A stretch of DNA of 64,000 nt from Azolla caroliniana (GCA_043228905.1 JBHGNT010000010.1:8494001-8558000); one strand, 5' to 3'; numbered from the stretch's first letter, positions 51,411 through 64,000 are shown. The notes: generated from the letters alone by a model not told the origin. A program made the numbers and translations.

Positions 51411-52117
51411 AGAGCTCGAAGCTTTGTTATCGGTCGTGCCCTGTTGTATTCCTCACTGCTACTGACTAATCGATCACCTTTGTTACTATTTGGATCTCCT
51501 TGTGTCATTGAGTGTCTCTCTCTGTTCTGTCCACATTCTCATCTTCTGTTTTCCTTCGCTAGCTTGTTTAGCTAAGTCTCTGGGCCTGTGTGCTCATTGT
51601 CTAGAATCCGGCGACAAGACCGGAGCAGTATACGTGTTTGAACCCGTGGGCTCATCATCCGGCATCCGGTGACTAGTCTGGATTGGTTACGTACCCATGC
51701 GCGTGTGCCGATGAAGATATCCTAAAACCGGCTCGGATATTCACTACACATTTCTCTCACTTTCTCTTATCGGCTCCTTTGTCGAAGACCCCGGTGGTCC
51801 CACCCCATTTCGACACATACTGGCAGATTTCCGCGACAATGTGGTGTAATTTTTATGCTTGTCCTCCATAAACTTTAGATTATGGATTCAAATAGTGAGA
51901 TTGTAAATCTTCATAATGTTGGGTTTAGATTATGCATACTAATTGTTTGTATGACTTTACAAATTGACTGCCATGCCCATGGGCCACAATCCAAATTTGA
52001 AAATAAAACCATTTGCTGACTTGGGGCAATTCTAATAAAAACCAAACCAAATTTCATTTATTACTGTAGTTTGCACAAAAAACATTAACAAGATTAACAA
52101 AGCGCCACAATCCAAAT

Positions 52118-52776
52118 CATAGTATGAACCATGCGTACCATTCGTGCATTCGTGTTCGAGAATGATTCAATCATTCGAGAATGATAAACACTGTCGAAGA
52201 ATGATAAATACCATACTTTTGGATCAATTTAAAAAATGATAAACACTCACGAAATTTCTGAAAGATGAAATTTCATCACTGAAATTTCTGAAATTTCAAT
52301 CAAAATTTCTGAAATTTCAGTGATGATTGAAATTTCAGAAAATTTGATTGAAATTTCAGAAATTTCAGTCATCACTGAAATTTCGTTGATGAAATTTCAT
52401 CACAGAAATTTCTGTGATGAAATTTCTGATTTTTTAGCACAGAAATTTCTGATTTTTCAGCACAGAAATTTCATCACTGAAATTAAAACCATATTTCTAC
52501 ACTAAATATACCTGAAGATTGAATGCACTCTGCAGAATCGCAAATCGTTTGAGGCTAGGTTGTAGAGGAGAAGAGAGCGTAACGTTAGTGCAGAGGAAAA
52601 GGGAGAAAAGAGGGAAAAATTGAAAAAAATTGAAAAAAAAATGAAAAAAAGTGAAAAAAAAAATGAAAAAAATGAAAAAAAAAAAAACATACGAATATTT
52701 GCATATCATTCGTGTTCGTTTTCCAACGTATGAAAACGAATGATATGGCAGACGAACACGAATTTTACGTACTATG
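52118..52776. mobile_element. Non-autonomous hAT-type DNA transposon (MITE)
   Basis: TIR CATAGTA.../...TACTATG; 8-bp TSD ATCCAAAT (52110-52117 / 52777-52784); internal GAAATTTC repeats. Confidence 0.82.
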
Positions 52777-54302
52777 ATCCAAATTTAAAAATAAAACCAT
52801 TTGCTGCCCTAGGGCAATGCTAATAAAAACCAAATCAAATTTCATTTATTACTGTAGTTTGCACACAAAACAATAACAAGATTAACAAAGCATGAAACTT
52901 ATAACGTTAGATTCCCATATTAATCCTTTATGTTAAAATATGTCGCATAGTTTTTCCACAATTTCTCTATCTCTTGTGTTCTTCTTGAGATGATAGAACA
53001 CAAAAACATAAATAGAGTAATAATGCATGATCAAAAGAAGCATGTCAATTCTTGTATCAAGACAATTTCAATTCCAATATTACTATGTAGAAGGTTATTA
53101 ACTTGACTACCTTTGTGCCACATAGTATCACTTGCAAATTTAGGAAAAACAAAATATCATGACTTGTCAACGAACCCTATCGATTAGCATCACATCATTT
53201 CTGAAAGGAAAAGCTAAAAATGACGATATACAGAAAAGCATGCTATATAATTGATGTACTTTAAAACATAAGTTTTAATGAATTGTTTGTGCAACAGAAA
53301 TTCTCCTACTATGGAAAAGATCTCCACATAACAATGTTTCACAAAACAAAGGCGTAATACATTAATGTTGTTTACCTACGGGTTATGATAGTTGCCTGCA
53401 TTTAAAACTGGAGACATTCAATAACAGAATGATATTATAATTGACACACTGTTGTTAGGATTTCCTAAATACTAAAAATTTATTGACATCATTTAGCTTT
53501 AGTTATTAGATTCATGTTTCTTCTCTTCAAGAATGCCCACCATAGAGGCTAGAAAATCCAAATGAGATGGATGAGTACATTGTTGCAAACATCGCTCAAA
53601 CAAATAACGATAAATAGGGAAAGGTTTAACATTAGGTTTATTGATCACTGTATGTCATAGACTAAGTGATTCTAAGAATGTTTGTAGCTTGATCTCAAGT
53701 CCCATGTCCATGCCATCGTTGAATATACCTATGACAATGTTGTTAATTTCTACCAAATGCTCAGCAGAATAAAGCATAGCAGGCCTTCAAGCTAGGGTCA
53801 CAAATCATGGTAGGAAGGCCTATGACGATGAAATGGTGGAGTCTCATTGGTCTCAAGAAGAAGAACAAGAGTAGTACCAGCTAAGGCAACATATCTATAT
53901 ACAAATCCTCCTCTCATTCATCATCATGAAATACATGTGCTTGATTGCAATTTTTTGATACAAGGTTTAGCATCAAAGATAATGATTGTGTTGTGTGTCA
54001 TTGCCTAGAGCTCCAACCCATGCATCCATGGCATATCATTGTTAGCCTGTACAACATGAAAGCACACTTGAAAGGCTTTCTGCGGATGCTAAGTTTCTCC
54101 TTACTCCACACCAAACATATGCTTCCTTCAAGCACCAGACATCATGTTGCTGTTGTTGCTCTGCAGAATTGTTTTGCACATGCTCATTTCATTCATAGCA
54201 CATGTACCAGTGTTCCATGCATCAGAGAATCATGATTAACCTCGGAAATTTGTAGAACGAAACGTGCATTCTCTATCTAGTTATGTGAATACTCTCTATG
54301 GA

Positions 54303-56081
54303 TCACACCTGATACGATATCATCGGATTAGGGAGCCAACCATGCATTATACAGTATGTCATCTGATTCAGTTGACAGCCCTTTTCAATCATAGTACTAG
54401 CAATAGATATTGCCAATTCATGTTTGCCGTCCCTAAATAAAGCATGTAATACTGGGTTGTAAACAACTGCATCTGGCTCATAACCATTCTCCATCATATC
54501 ATTGATCAATGCCCAAGCATCATTTAATTCCCCCACCTTACAGAAGAATTCAATAAGCCAAGTGTAGGTGACCAAGTCTGGGGAACAACCCTTGGATATC
54601 ATATGATTTACAATCTGCAGGGCTACATCCGATTGACCCCCTTTCGCATACCCAAGAATCAAAGAATTGTAGGTGAATGTGTCGGGGGAAGGAGATCCCT
54701 TCTCCATCTTCTGCACCAGCACTGCTGCTTCCATGACTCTCCTCTCCTTGCACAACCAATCAACAACAATGTTGAAAGTGGCCACATTTGCATGTCCTTG
54801 CTCTGCCAGACTCTCAAAGGCTGACAAGGCAAATGTACTCTCTCCTGACTTGAGAAGACCATGAATGAGTGCTGTATATGACACTGTATCTAGTTGACAT
54901 GACCCACTGGTGACCATCTGCTCAAACACATGCATAGCCTCCTTTACCTTACCCATCCTGAAGAACCAGTGAAGAAAGATAGTGTATGTAACAGCATTAG
55001 GCTTGCTTTTGCTCGCCATGGCTTGTCCATATGTATGAAGGGCACCCTGTGTGCATCCCTGCTTCAGATACTCGGCCATCACAGTGTTGAACATCCGAAG
55101 GTCAGGTGAAAGACCCTGCTTCAGCATCTCCTGTAGAAAGAAGTTGGCGCTCTCGACTTGATTATTGGCACAGAATCCTGTGATTAAGGTGTTGAATGTG
55201 GCCTCATCAGGAGCACATCCAGAGTGCAGCATTTTGGAGAAGGTAAACAGTGCTCTTTCTGGTCGATTGTTGTGGAGCAACGCGAACAGGATGGCATTGT
55301 ATGTGTAGACGTTAGGCTTGCAGTGGAATTCACGCATCGAATGAAGTGTCATTTCTGCTTCTTTCAGCATTCCGGACTTGGCATATGCAGAGATGAGTAT
55401 GGTGAAAGGGATGGGTTTCACTCTCAACCCAGCATTCCTCATGTCCTCGATGACTGTCCAGATGCCGTCCAGATCCCCAGCCTTGCCCAGGACATGGATT
55501 AGGGCATAAAAAGTGTAGTAATCGTGCATGAACAAAGGCTGCCTTTGGGCCCAGCGGAAGAGGCTCCAGGCAACAGCAGGCTGCCTCAACTGCTTCAGAA
55601 TGCGAGCCAATATGCGTGTCTGGAGCTTGGGCAACAGGGCCGACAAGGCATGCTCAAGGCCGGCGCCTCCATCTCCTTCTTCTTCTTCTTCAAGCAATAT
55701 CCTGCAAACATCTACCGCTTCTTTGGCCTCTGATACCTTGAAAGAGGGCAAGGTGAAGGGCGCCTCCTTGAAATTGGATTTCATGGAGTCTGTGTCGGAT
55801 CGGGATTCAGAATCGGAGTTGGAGTTGGAAGAGGAAGACCACATCCTTCTCCTTCTCTGACCATTACTACGGCCGCCATCGCCACTTCTGCTGTTGCTTT
55901 GGGCTGAAGGAACAACAAAAACCCTACTAACAACAGCGATTCCTCCTCCCCCCCTTTCCTTTCTTGAACGTGTCAAAGCGCAGCCGTCCTCATCATTGAA
56001 GACGATGATGCCAACAGGTCTGCAGGGAGCTGCAGGAGCAGGATAGATGGAGATGGATGTTGCCAGTCGAATCCCCAACAT
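54303..56081 (-). CDS. P-class pentatricopeptide repeat (PPR) protein, probably organelle-targeted
   Basis: Uninterrupted ORF with ~10-11 tandem 35-aa motifs (PNVYTYNAIL, PDEATFNTLITGFC, PDLVTYTWLIEFFCKVG) after a Ser-rich N-terminus; likely start MLGIR at 56081 (the upstream ATG at 56231 runs through a hexamer repeat). Confidence 0.9.
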   Translation of the reverse strand: MLGIRLATSISIYPAPAAPCRPVGIIVFNDEDGCALTRSRKERGGGGIAVVSRVFVVPSAQSNSRSGDGGRSNGQRRRRMWSSSSNSNSDSESRSDTDSMKSNFKEAPFTLPSFKVSEAKEAVDVCRILLEEEEEGDGGAGLEHALSALLPKLQTRILARILKQLRQPAVAWSLFRWAQRQPLFMHDYYTFYALIHVLGKAGDLDGIWTVIEDMRNAGLRVKPIPFTILISAYAKSGMLKEAEMTLHSMREFHCKPNVYTYNAILFALLHNNRPERALFTFSKMLHSGCAPDEATFNTLITGFCANNQVESANFFLQEMLKQGLSPDLRMFNTVMAEYLKQGCTQGALHTYGQAMASKSKPNAVTYTIFLHWFFRMGKVKEAMHVFEQMVTSGSCQLDTVSYTALIHGLLKSGESTFALSAFESLAEQGHANVATFNIVVDWLCKERRVMEAAVLVQKMEKGSPSPDTFTYNSLILGYAKGGQSDVALQIVNHMISKGCSPDLVTYTWLIEFFCKVGELNDAWALINDMMENGYEPDAVVYNPVLHALFRDGKHELAISIASTMIEKGCQLNQMTYCIMHGWLPNPMISYQV

Positions 56082-56195
56082 TTGTTGCTCGAGAGTGTGC
56101 GTTTCTTCGTTCTGTTTTTCTGTGCTGGGTCTGAGTTGGGTCAGGTCGGGTCTGGTCTGGCCAAGCAGACAAGTCAGGTCTGGGTGGGGAAATCT

Positions 56196-56228
<33 letters not shown>

Positions 56229-56550
56229 CATGATTATGGTGAAATGATCAAGCTAAGACATAATAAATACATTCAGCAATAGTAAATTTCCCTTGGCTTC
56301 CTGGATAGGGAAGTCCAATCAAGGTCAAGGTCAAGGTCATGTTCAGAAGTTCAAGCTAGAGCTAATACATTCTGGAATAGTAAATTTCCCTTTCCTCCCA
56401 GGGTCGGGTAGTCCGGTAAAGGTCAAGATCATGGTCAGAAGGTCGAGCTAAACATAATACATTATGTGGTATCAAATTTCCCGTACTTTTCTTGGTAGGG
56501 AAGTCCGTTCAAGGTCAAGGTTAAGGTCATGGTCAGAAGGTGAAGCTAGA
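56196..56550. repeat. (GGTCAA)n tract and ~100-bp degenerate tandem repeats upstream of the PPR gene
   Basis: GGTCAA x5-6 at 56196-56230; recurring AAGGTCAAGGTCATG...AAGCTA...AAATTTCCC...AGTCC units. Confidence 0.8.
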
Positions 56551-57289
56551 CTTGGTATATATTATTATGAAGCACATACGAGAATGAACAACACTGACCA
56601 AAACACCACCTACCCACCCTCTCGACGCACTCCGGGTGTGCTACGAGAACATCTTCATAGTCCCAATCACATCATGTTAGTCGTATAAGAAGATGTAAGA
56701 GTGCATGCATGTTTGTTTGCATGTGATTAGGTTATGTCCATTGGAAACCGAAAACCATCATGATAGTCAAAACATGTACACCTTGCAAGTATGCAAAATA
56801 AATAGACAAAATTGATAGCCAAAAAAATGGATGTAAGAAATAAAAAAAGAGAGAGACTAATATGCAAGGGTAATTAAGTACTAGGATGTGGAGTGTGAGT
56901 TGTATATAGTATGCTTGTTTGCATTTTGCGATATACAAGTATCAAATGCATATCTAAGAGATCTTGTACTTCATGTATCCTTCAGTGAAATACAAGTGTG
57001 GCTCCTAAATATACATACATCGGAATCCATTACTTACAACTTTCTCTCTTAATAAGGTGAAGACAACTTCACCTTATTTAGAGGGAATGTGTGGAAGATC
57101 TTTGCTGACTTTTGTAGGTCTTGTCTTGTCTTGGGTTTTCTCCTTTTACTTAGTGATTTAGAGCTATTACCATATCCCCTTAATCTCCTATTTGATTCCA
57201 ATAGACATTAATTAAGCTAAACCTTACTCCACTCTTGTATGGTATTAAACACTTTCTCATAATAAAAAGTTGTCAAAATAGTATTACAA

Positions 57290-59688
57290 TTATTAGAGAT
57301 TTTTGTTAACTAACCCAAAACAGATAGAAATATATATATACTTTTGATAGCAAGTTGCAGGGAGAGCGTCAGATTCAAGATCTAAAGGTCACATGTTCAA
57401 TCCATGTTCACCACACAAGACAACACACTTTGGAGTGACACATTTGAATACATTATTTGACAAGAAGTGTACGAATGAAATAAACATATAAACATCTGTT
57501 AATGTCGACGAGTCTTGTCCTTTTGGGTGACAATATGGTCATGTTTCATGCTAATTCCATGTTGAGAGCAATGTTAAAGGGGGAGTCGATCAGACTAGAT
57601 ATTCAACGTTAATTAAATTAATCAACTGCACAACCACAACTAAACGTAATCCTAATCTCTACTTGATCGAGAAACTTTAATGCACACTGATTCGAGATTT
57701 TTGTTTATTAACCCAAAATACATAGAAATATACACACTAGCAAGTGGCGGGGATAGATCAATTGGGAGAGCGTTAGGTTGATGATCTGAACATCATTGTT
57801 CGATACACGTTCACTAGAAAAGACAACAAACACTTTAAAAAATGCATTATTTGACAAGAATTGTGCGAATGAAATGAACATATAAAGTTTCGCGATCCAG
57901 TAGAGATTAGGGTTACGTTTAGTTGTGTTGGTGCAGTTGATTAATTCAATTAACGTTGAATATCTAGTCTTATCGACTCCCCCTTTAACATTGCGTTCAA
58001 CATTAGCATGAAACATCCTGTTAATGTTGACAAGTCTTGTATTTTAGGGTAACAATATGGTCATGTTTCATGCTAATTCCATGTTGAGCGCAATGTTTAA
58101 GGGGGAGTCGATGAGACTAGATATTCAACATTAATTGAATTAATCAACTGCACAACCAAAACTAAACGTAATCCTAATCTCTACTGGATCGCGAAACTTT
58201 AATGTACACTAATTAAATTATTTTTTTTATTAACACAAAATAGGTGGAAATATACACACTCGCAAGTTGCAGGGATATATTAGTTGGGAGAGCGTGAGAT
58301 TGAATATTTGAACATCATTGTTCGATACAAGTTCATGTTTAAGGGGGAGTGGATGAGACCAGATATCTAAACGTAATCTTGATGTCTAGTTGATCACTCA
58401 ACTTTAATCCACAGGTATTGAAAAAATTTGTTTCTGAACCATATGGCCAGTATTTGATGGGAAGTTGTGGGGATAGCTCAGTTTGGAGAGCGTCAAACTA
58501 AAGATCTGAAGCTTACGTGTTCAATCCACGTTCATCGCAAAAGGCAACAAAGACTTTCGAGATACACATTTGAAAGCATTATTTTACGAGAAATGTACGA
58601 ATGAAATGAACATATAAACATCCTTTTAATGTCGACAAGTCCTATCCTTTTGGGTGACAATATGGTCATGTTTCATGCTAATTCCATCTTGAACACAATG
58701 TTTAAGGGCGAGTTGATGAGACTAGATATTAAACGTTAATTGAATTAATCAACTCCACAACCACAACTAAACGTAATCCTAATCTCTACTTGATAGCGAA
58801 ACTTTAATGCACACAGATTCGAGATTTTTGTTTATTAACCCAAAATAGGTGGAAATATACACACTCGCAAGTTCTAGGGATAGATCAGTTGGGAGAGTGT
58901 GAGATTCAATATCTGAACAACATTGTTCAATACACGTTCATGTTTAAGGGGGAGTGGATGAGACCAAATATCTAAACGTAATCTTGATCTCTAGTTGATC
59001 GCTCGACTTTAATACACAGTTATTCAAGAATTTTGTTCTTGAACCATATAGACAGTATTTGATGGGAAGTTGTGGGGACAACTCAGTTCGGAGAGCGTCA
59101 AACTGAAGATATGAAGGTCACGTGCTCAATCCACGTTCACCACAAAAGGCAACAAAAACTTTCAAGAGACACATTTGAATGAATTATTTGACAAGAAATC
59201 TATGAATGAAATGAACATATAAACATCCTGTTAATGTAGACAAGTCTTGTCCTTTTGGGTTTCAATATGGTCATGTTTCATGCTAATTCCATCTTGAGCG
59301 CAATGTTTAAGGGGGAGTTGATGAGACTAGATATTGAACATTAATAGAATTAATCAATTGCACAACCACAACTAAATGTAATCCTAATCTCTACTTGATT
59401 GCGAAACTTTAGTCCACACTCATTCGAGATTTTTGTTTATTAACCCAAAATAGGTGGAAATATACACACTTGCAAGTTGCAGGGATAGATTAGTTGGGAG
59501 AGCATCAGATTGAATATTTGAATATCATTGTTTGATAACGTTCATGTTTAAGGGAGTGTGGATGAGACTAGATATCTAAACGTAATCTTGATCTCTAGTT
59601 GATCGCTCAACTTTAATCCATAGCTATTCGAGAATTTTGTTTATGAACCATATACATAGTACTTCATGGGAACTTGCGGGGATAGCTT

Positions 59689-59721
<33 letters not shown>

Positions 59722-62700
59722 ACACGTGTTCAATCCATGTTCACCGCAAAAGGCAACAAACACTTTCGCGAGACATATTTGAATGCATTATTTGACAATA
59801 ATTCTACCAATGAAAGGAACATATAAACATCATATTAATGTCGACAAGTCTTGTTCTTTTCGGTGACAATATGGTCATGGTTCATGCTAATTCCATCTGG
59901 ACCATAATGTTTAAGCGGGAGTCAGTGAGACTATATATTTAACTGCACAACCACAACGTTAATTGAATTAATCAACTACACAACCACAACGAAATATAAT
60001 CCTAATCTCTATTTCATCGCGAAACTATAATGCACACTCATTCGAGATTTTTGTTTATTAACCCAAAATAGGTCGAAATATACGCACTCGCAAGTTGCAG
60101 GGATATATCAGTTGGGAGAGCATGAGATTGAATATCTGAACATCATTATTCCAGACACGTTCATGTTTAAGAGGGGGTGGAAGTGATGAGATATCTAAAC
60201 GTAATCTTGATATCTACTCGATCGCTCAACTTTAATCCACAATTATTCAGGAATTTTGTTTGTGAACCATGTAGAGAATACTTGACGGGAAGTTGCGGGG
60301 ATAACTGAGTTGGGAGAGCGTCAGACTGAAGATCTAAAGGCCATGTGTTTGATCCACGTTCAACGCAAAAGGTAAGAAACAATTTCGAGAGACACATTTG
60401 AATGCATTATTTGACAAGAATTCTACGAATGAAATGAACATATAAACATCCTGTTAATGTCGACAAGTCTTGTCCTTTTGGGTTACAATATGGTCATATT
60501 TCATGCTAATTCCATCTTGAGTGCAATGTTTAAGGGGGAATCGATTCGACTAGATATTCAATGTTTATTGAATTAATCAACTCACTCGAGATTTGACAAG
60601 AAAGCTACGAATGAAATGAACATGTAAACCTCATGTTAATGTCGACAAGGCTTGTTCTTTTCGTTGACAATATGGTCATGTTTCATGCTAATTCCATCTC
60701 GAGCCCAATGTTAAGGGGGGAGTCGGTGAGACCAAATATTCAACGTTAATCGAATTAATCAACTGCACAACCACAACGAAATATGATCCTAATCTCTACT
60801 TGATCGCGAAACTTTAATGCACACTCACTCGAGATTATTGCTTATAAACCCAAAATAGGTGGAAATATACACACTCGCAAGTTGCAGGGATAGATAAGTT
60901 GGGAGAGCTTGAGATTGAATATCTGAACATCATTGTTAGATACACGTTCATCTTTAAGGGGTACTGGATTTGACTAGATATCTAAACGTTGTCGTAGTGT
61001 ATTTCGTACACTACGTGAAAAAGTAAAAATAATATAACCGATTTAATTACATATAAATAAATAAAATAAGAATATTAAGATATTTATCACCAATAAATAA
61101 AATAAGAATATCAAGATATTTATCACGTGCATAGGGCAAGATTCAAACCTTGTACCTCCACGTAGCCAAACCTCAACTTTACCATTATGCTACCTTATCT
61201 TTAGTGTTCTACAAATAGATTTAATAACTATAAGTCCTTTATTTGCGCCTACCTTTATTAAAAGGTAAATCATGCATTTTTAGAGTGCGTGAATATTTTA
61301 TAGAAAAACGCAAGCAACTAAAAAGTGACTCATGCACATCTAGCGTGCATGAGCACTATATTTAGCAAATAAAAGCAAGGATTAGAAAAGCATCACGTGC
61401 ATATTTAGTGTGCATGAACATATTAGAAAAAAAGCATGTAGCTATGCTTAGTCTCTCCCATCACTACATAAGGATGGGGAGCACAATGTAATAGGTGTGT
61501 GAAAAATATTTGGAAACTGGATATGTTTCTAAAAAACACCAATTAATAAACTATACTCGTGGGATTCACGAGGATTCTATATCATTCTCTTTCAACCGAA
61601 GTTTATATTCTTATATTCATATTGATTAATCTAATACAATACACTCGTGGGATTCACGAGTTTGCTATAACTCTTTCTTACAACATATTTATATTCTTAT
61701 TAGCCTTAAAACTCTCCTCTTCCTAGTCCAAAACCCCAGCGGTTCCCACCCGACTCACGCAAACGATCCGGAGCCGAAAGGCACGACAACGTAATCTTGA
61801 TGTCTAGTTGATCGCTGAAATTTAATCCACAATTATTCGGGAATTTTGTTTGTGAACCATATAGACAGTATTTGATAGGAAGTTTCGGGGATAGCTAAGT
61901 TAGGAGAGTTAAACTGAAGATTTGAAGGTCACGTGTTAATTCCACGTTCACCACAGAAGGCAACATACACTTTTGAGAGACACATTTGAATGCATTATTT
62001 GACAAGAAATCTACGATTGAAATCAACATATAAACATCCTGTTAATGTCGACAAGTCCTGTCCTTTTGGGTGACAATATGGTTATGTTTCATTCTAATTC
62101 CATGTTGAGCGCAATGTTTAAGGGCGAGTCGATGAGACTAGATATTCAATGGTAATTGAACTAATCAACTTCACAACCACAACTTAACATAATCCTAATC
62201 TCTACTTGATAGCGAAACTTAAATCCACACTCATTCGAGATTTTTGTTTATTAACACAAAATACTTGGAAATATACACACTCGCAAGTTGCGGGGATAGC
62301 TCAGTTGGGAGAGCGTGAGACTGAAGATTTGAAAGTCTTGTGTTCGATCCACGTTTACCGGAAAAGGTAATAAACACTTTCGAGAGACACATTTGCATGC
62401 ATTATTTGAGGAGAATTATACGCATGAAATGAACATATAAACATCCGACACAAAAGGTAGCAAACACTTTAGAGAGACATAATTGAATACACATATAAAC
62501 ATCATGTTAATGTCGACAAGTCTTGTCCTTTAGGTGACAATATTGTCATGTTTCATGCAAATTCCATCTTGAGCGTAATGTTTAAGGGGGAGTCGGTGAC
62601 ACCAAATATTCAACGTTAATTGAATTAATCAACTGCACAACCACAACGAAATATAATCCTAATCTCTACTCGATCGCGAAACTTTAATGCACACTCACTC

Positions 62701-64000
62701 GAAAAATTTGTTTATAAACCCAAAATAGGTGGAAATATACACACTCGCAAGTTGTAGGGATAGATAACTTGGGAGAGCGGGAGATTAAATATCTGAACAT
62801 CATTGTTCGATACACGTTCATGTTTAAGGGGTACTAGATGAGACTAGATATCTAAACGTAATCTAGATCACTAGTTGATCGCTCAAATTTAATCCACAAT
62901 TATTCGGGAATTTTGTTTGTGAACCATATAGATAGTATCTGATGGGAATTTATGGGGATAGCTCAGTTGGGAGATCGTCAGACTGAAGATCTGAAGGTCA
63001 CGTGTTTGATGCACGTTCATCGCAAAAGGCAACAAACACTGTCAAGAGATACAATTGAACGTATTATTTTACAAGAAATCTACGAATGAAGTGAACATAT
63101 AAACATCATGTTACTGTCGACAAGTTCTGTCCTTTTGGGTGACAATAAGGATATGTTTCATTCTAATTCCATCTTCAGCGTAATGTTTAAGGGGGAGTCG
63201 GTGAGACCCAATATTCAACGTTAATTGCATTAATCAACTGCACAACCAGAACGAAATATAATTCTAATATCTACTTGATCACGAAACTTTAATCCACACT
63301 CACTAGAGATATTTGTTTATAAAACTAAAATAGGTGGAAATATACACACTCGCAAGTTGCAAGGATAGATAAGTTGGGCGAGCGTGAGATTGAATATTTG
63401 AACATCAAGTATTCGATACACGTTCATGTTTAAGGGGGAGTGGATGAGACAAGATATCTAAACGTAATCTTGATCTCTAGTTTATCGCTAGATATTAAAC
63501 ATTAAGGGTGAATCCATGCGACTAGATATTAAACGTTAATTCAATTAATCAACTAGGTAACCAGAACTAATCCTAATCCTAATCTCTACTTGATAGCGAA
63601 ACATTAATGCACAATCATTCGAGATTTTTGTTTATTAACTCAAAGTAGGTGGAAATATATACACTCGCAAGTTGTAGGGATATATAAGTTGGGAGAACGT
63701 GAGATTGAATATCTGAATATCATTGTTTAATACACGTTCATGTTGATCTCTAGTTGATTGCTCAACTTTAATCCACAGTTATTCAAGAATATTGTTTTAG
63801 AACCATATAGACAGTATTTGATGGGAGGTTGTGGGGATAGCTCAGTTGGGAGAGCGTTAGACTGAAGATTTGAAGGTCATGTGTTCGATCCACGTTCACC
63901 ACAAAAGGTAACAGACATTTTCGAGAGACATATTTGAACACATTATTTGACAAGAATTCTACCAATGAAATGAACATATAAACCTCATATTAATGTCCAC
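57290..64000 (+). repeat. tRNA-Phe satellite block 4 (older, more diverged; runs off the window)
   Basis: Degenerate tRNAs at 58467, 59072, 59676, 60295, ~61885, 62290, 62952 and 63831, plus chimeric remnants at ~57357 and ~57747. Confidence 0.92.
60990..61788. mobile_element. Solo LTR inserted in the satellite
   Basis: TGTCGT...ACGACA inverted termini; 4-bp TSD ACGT; the satellite resumes exactly. Confidence 0.85.

Larger units (their letters stand above)
48176..51838 (+). mobile_element. Ty3/Gypsy remnant: integrase + 3' LTR (49813-51838, interrupted)
   Basis: Integrase REDLTNQVE..IVADRG..YNLEANGEVER..WPRLLPYALWAD; G-rich PPT then TGTCGT...GCGACA. Confidence 0.8.

Noticed and set aside
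56082-56231. N-terminal MTLTLTLT extension of the PPR protein
   Set aside because: Derives from the (TTGACC)n repeat; more likely UTR or promoter

Overview
Eukaryotic, land-plant-type nuclear DNA; the retroelement types suggest a non-seed plant, but that is inference. The window is dominated by a ~605-bp tandem satellite carrying a cytosolic tRNA-Phe(GAA) gene in each unit. There are about 45-47 copies in four blocks (~9.07-14.45, 28.9-31.75, 33.25-46.77 and 57.3-64.0 kb), ranging from perfect to decayed, and each unit also holds a second, decayed tRNA-Phe relic. The array is interrupted by five kinds of sequence: (1) a large segmental duplication (~0.64-11.1 kb vs ~15.7-31.0 kb) of nested Gypsy/Copia remnants, where one copy keeps a near-intact Copia element and the other only its solo LTR; (2) two copies of a non-coding, purine-skewed element with a type I hammerhead ribozyme and degenerate telomere-like repeats, reminiscent of Penelope-like elements; (3) several solo LTRs, a chromovirus remnant and a further Gypsy remnant; (4) a hAT-type MITE; (5) one intact-looking P-class PPR gene. 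The most notable observations are the hammerhead/telomere-repeat element inserted twice in the array and the tRNA-Phe satellite itself. Coordinates were read by eye and may be off by a few bases at fuzzy junctions.
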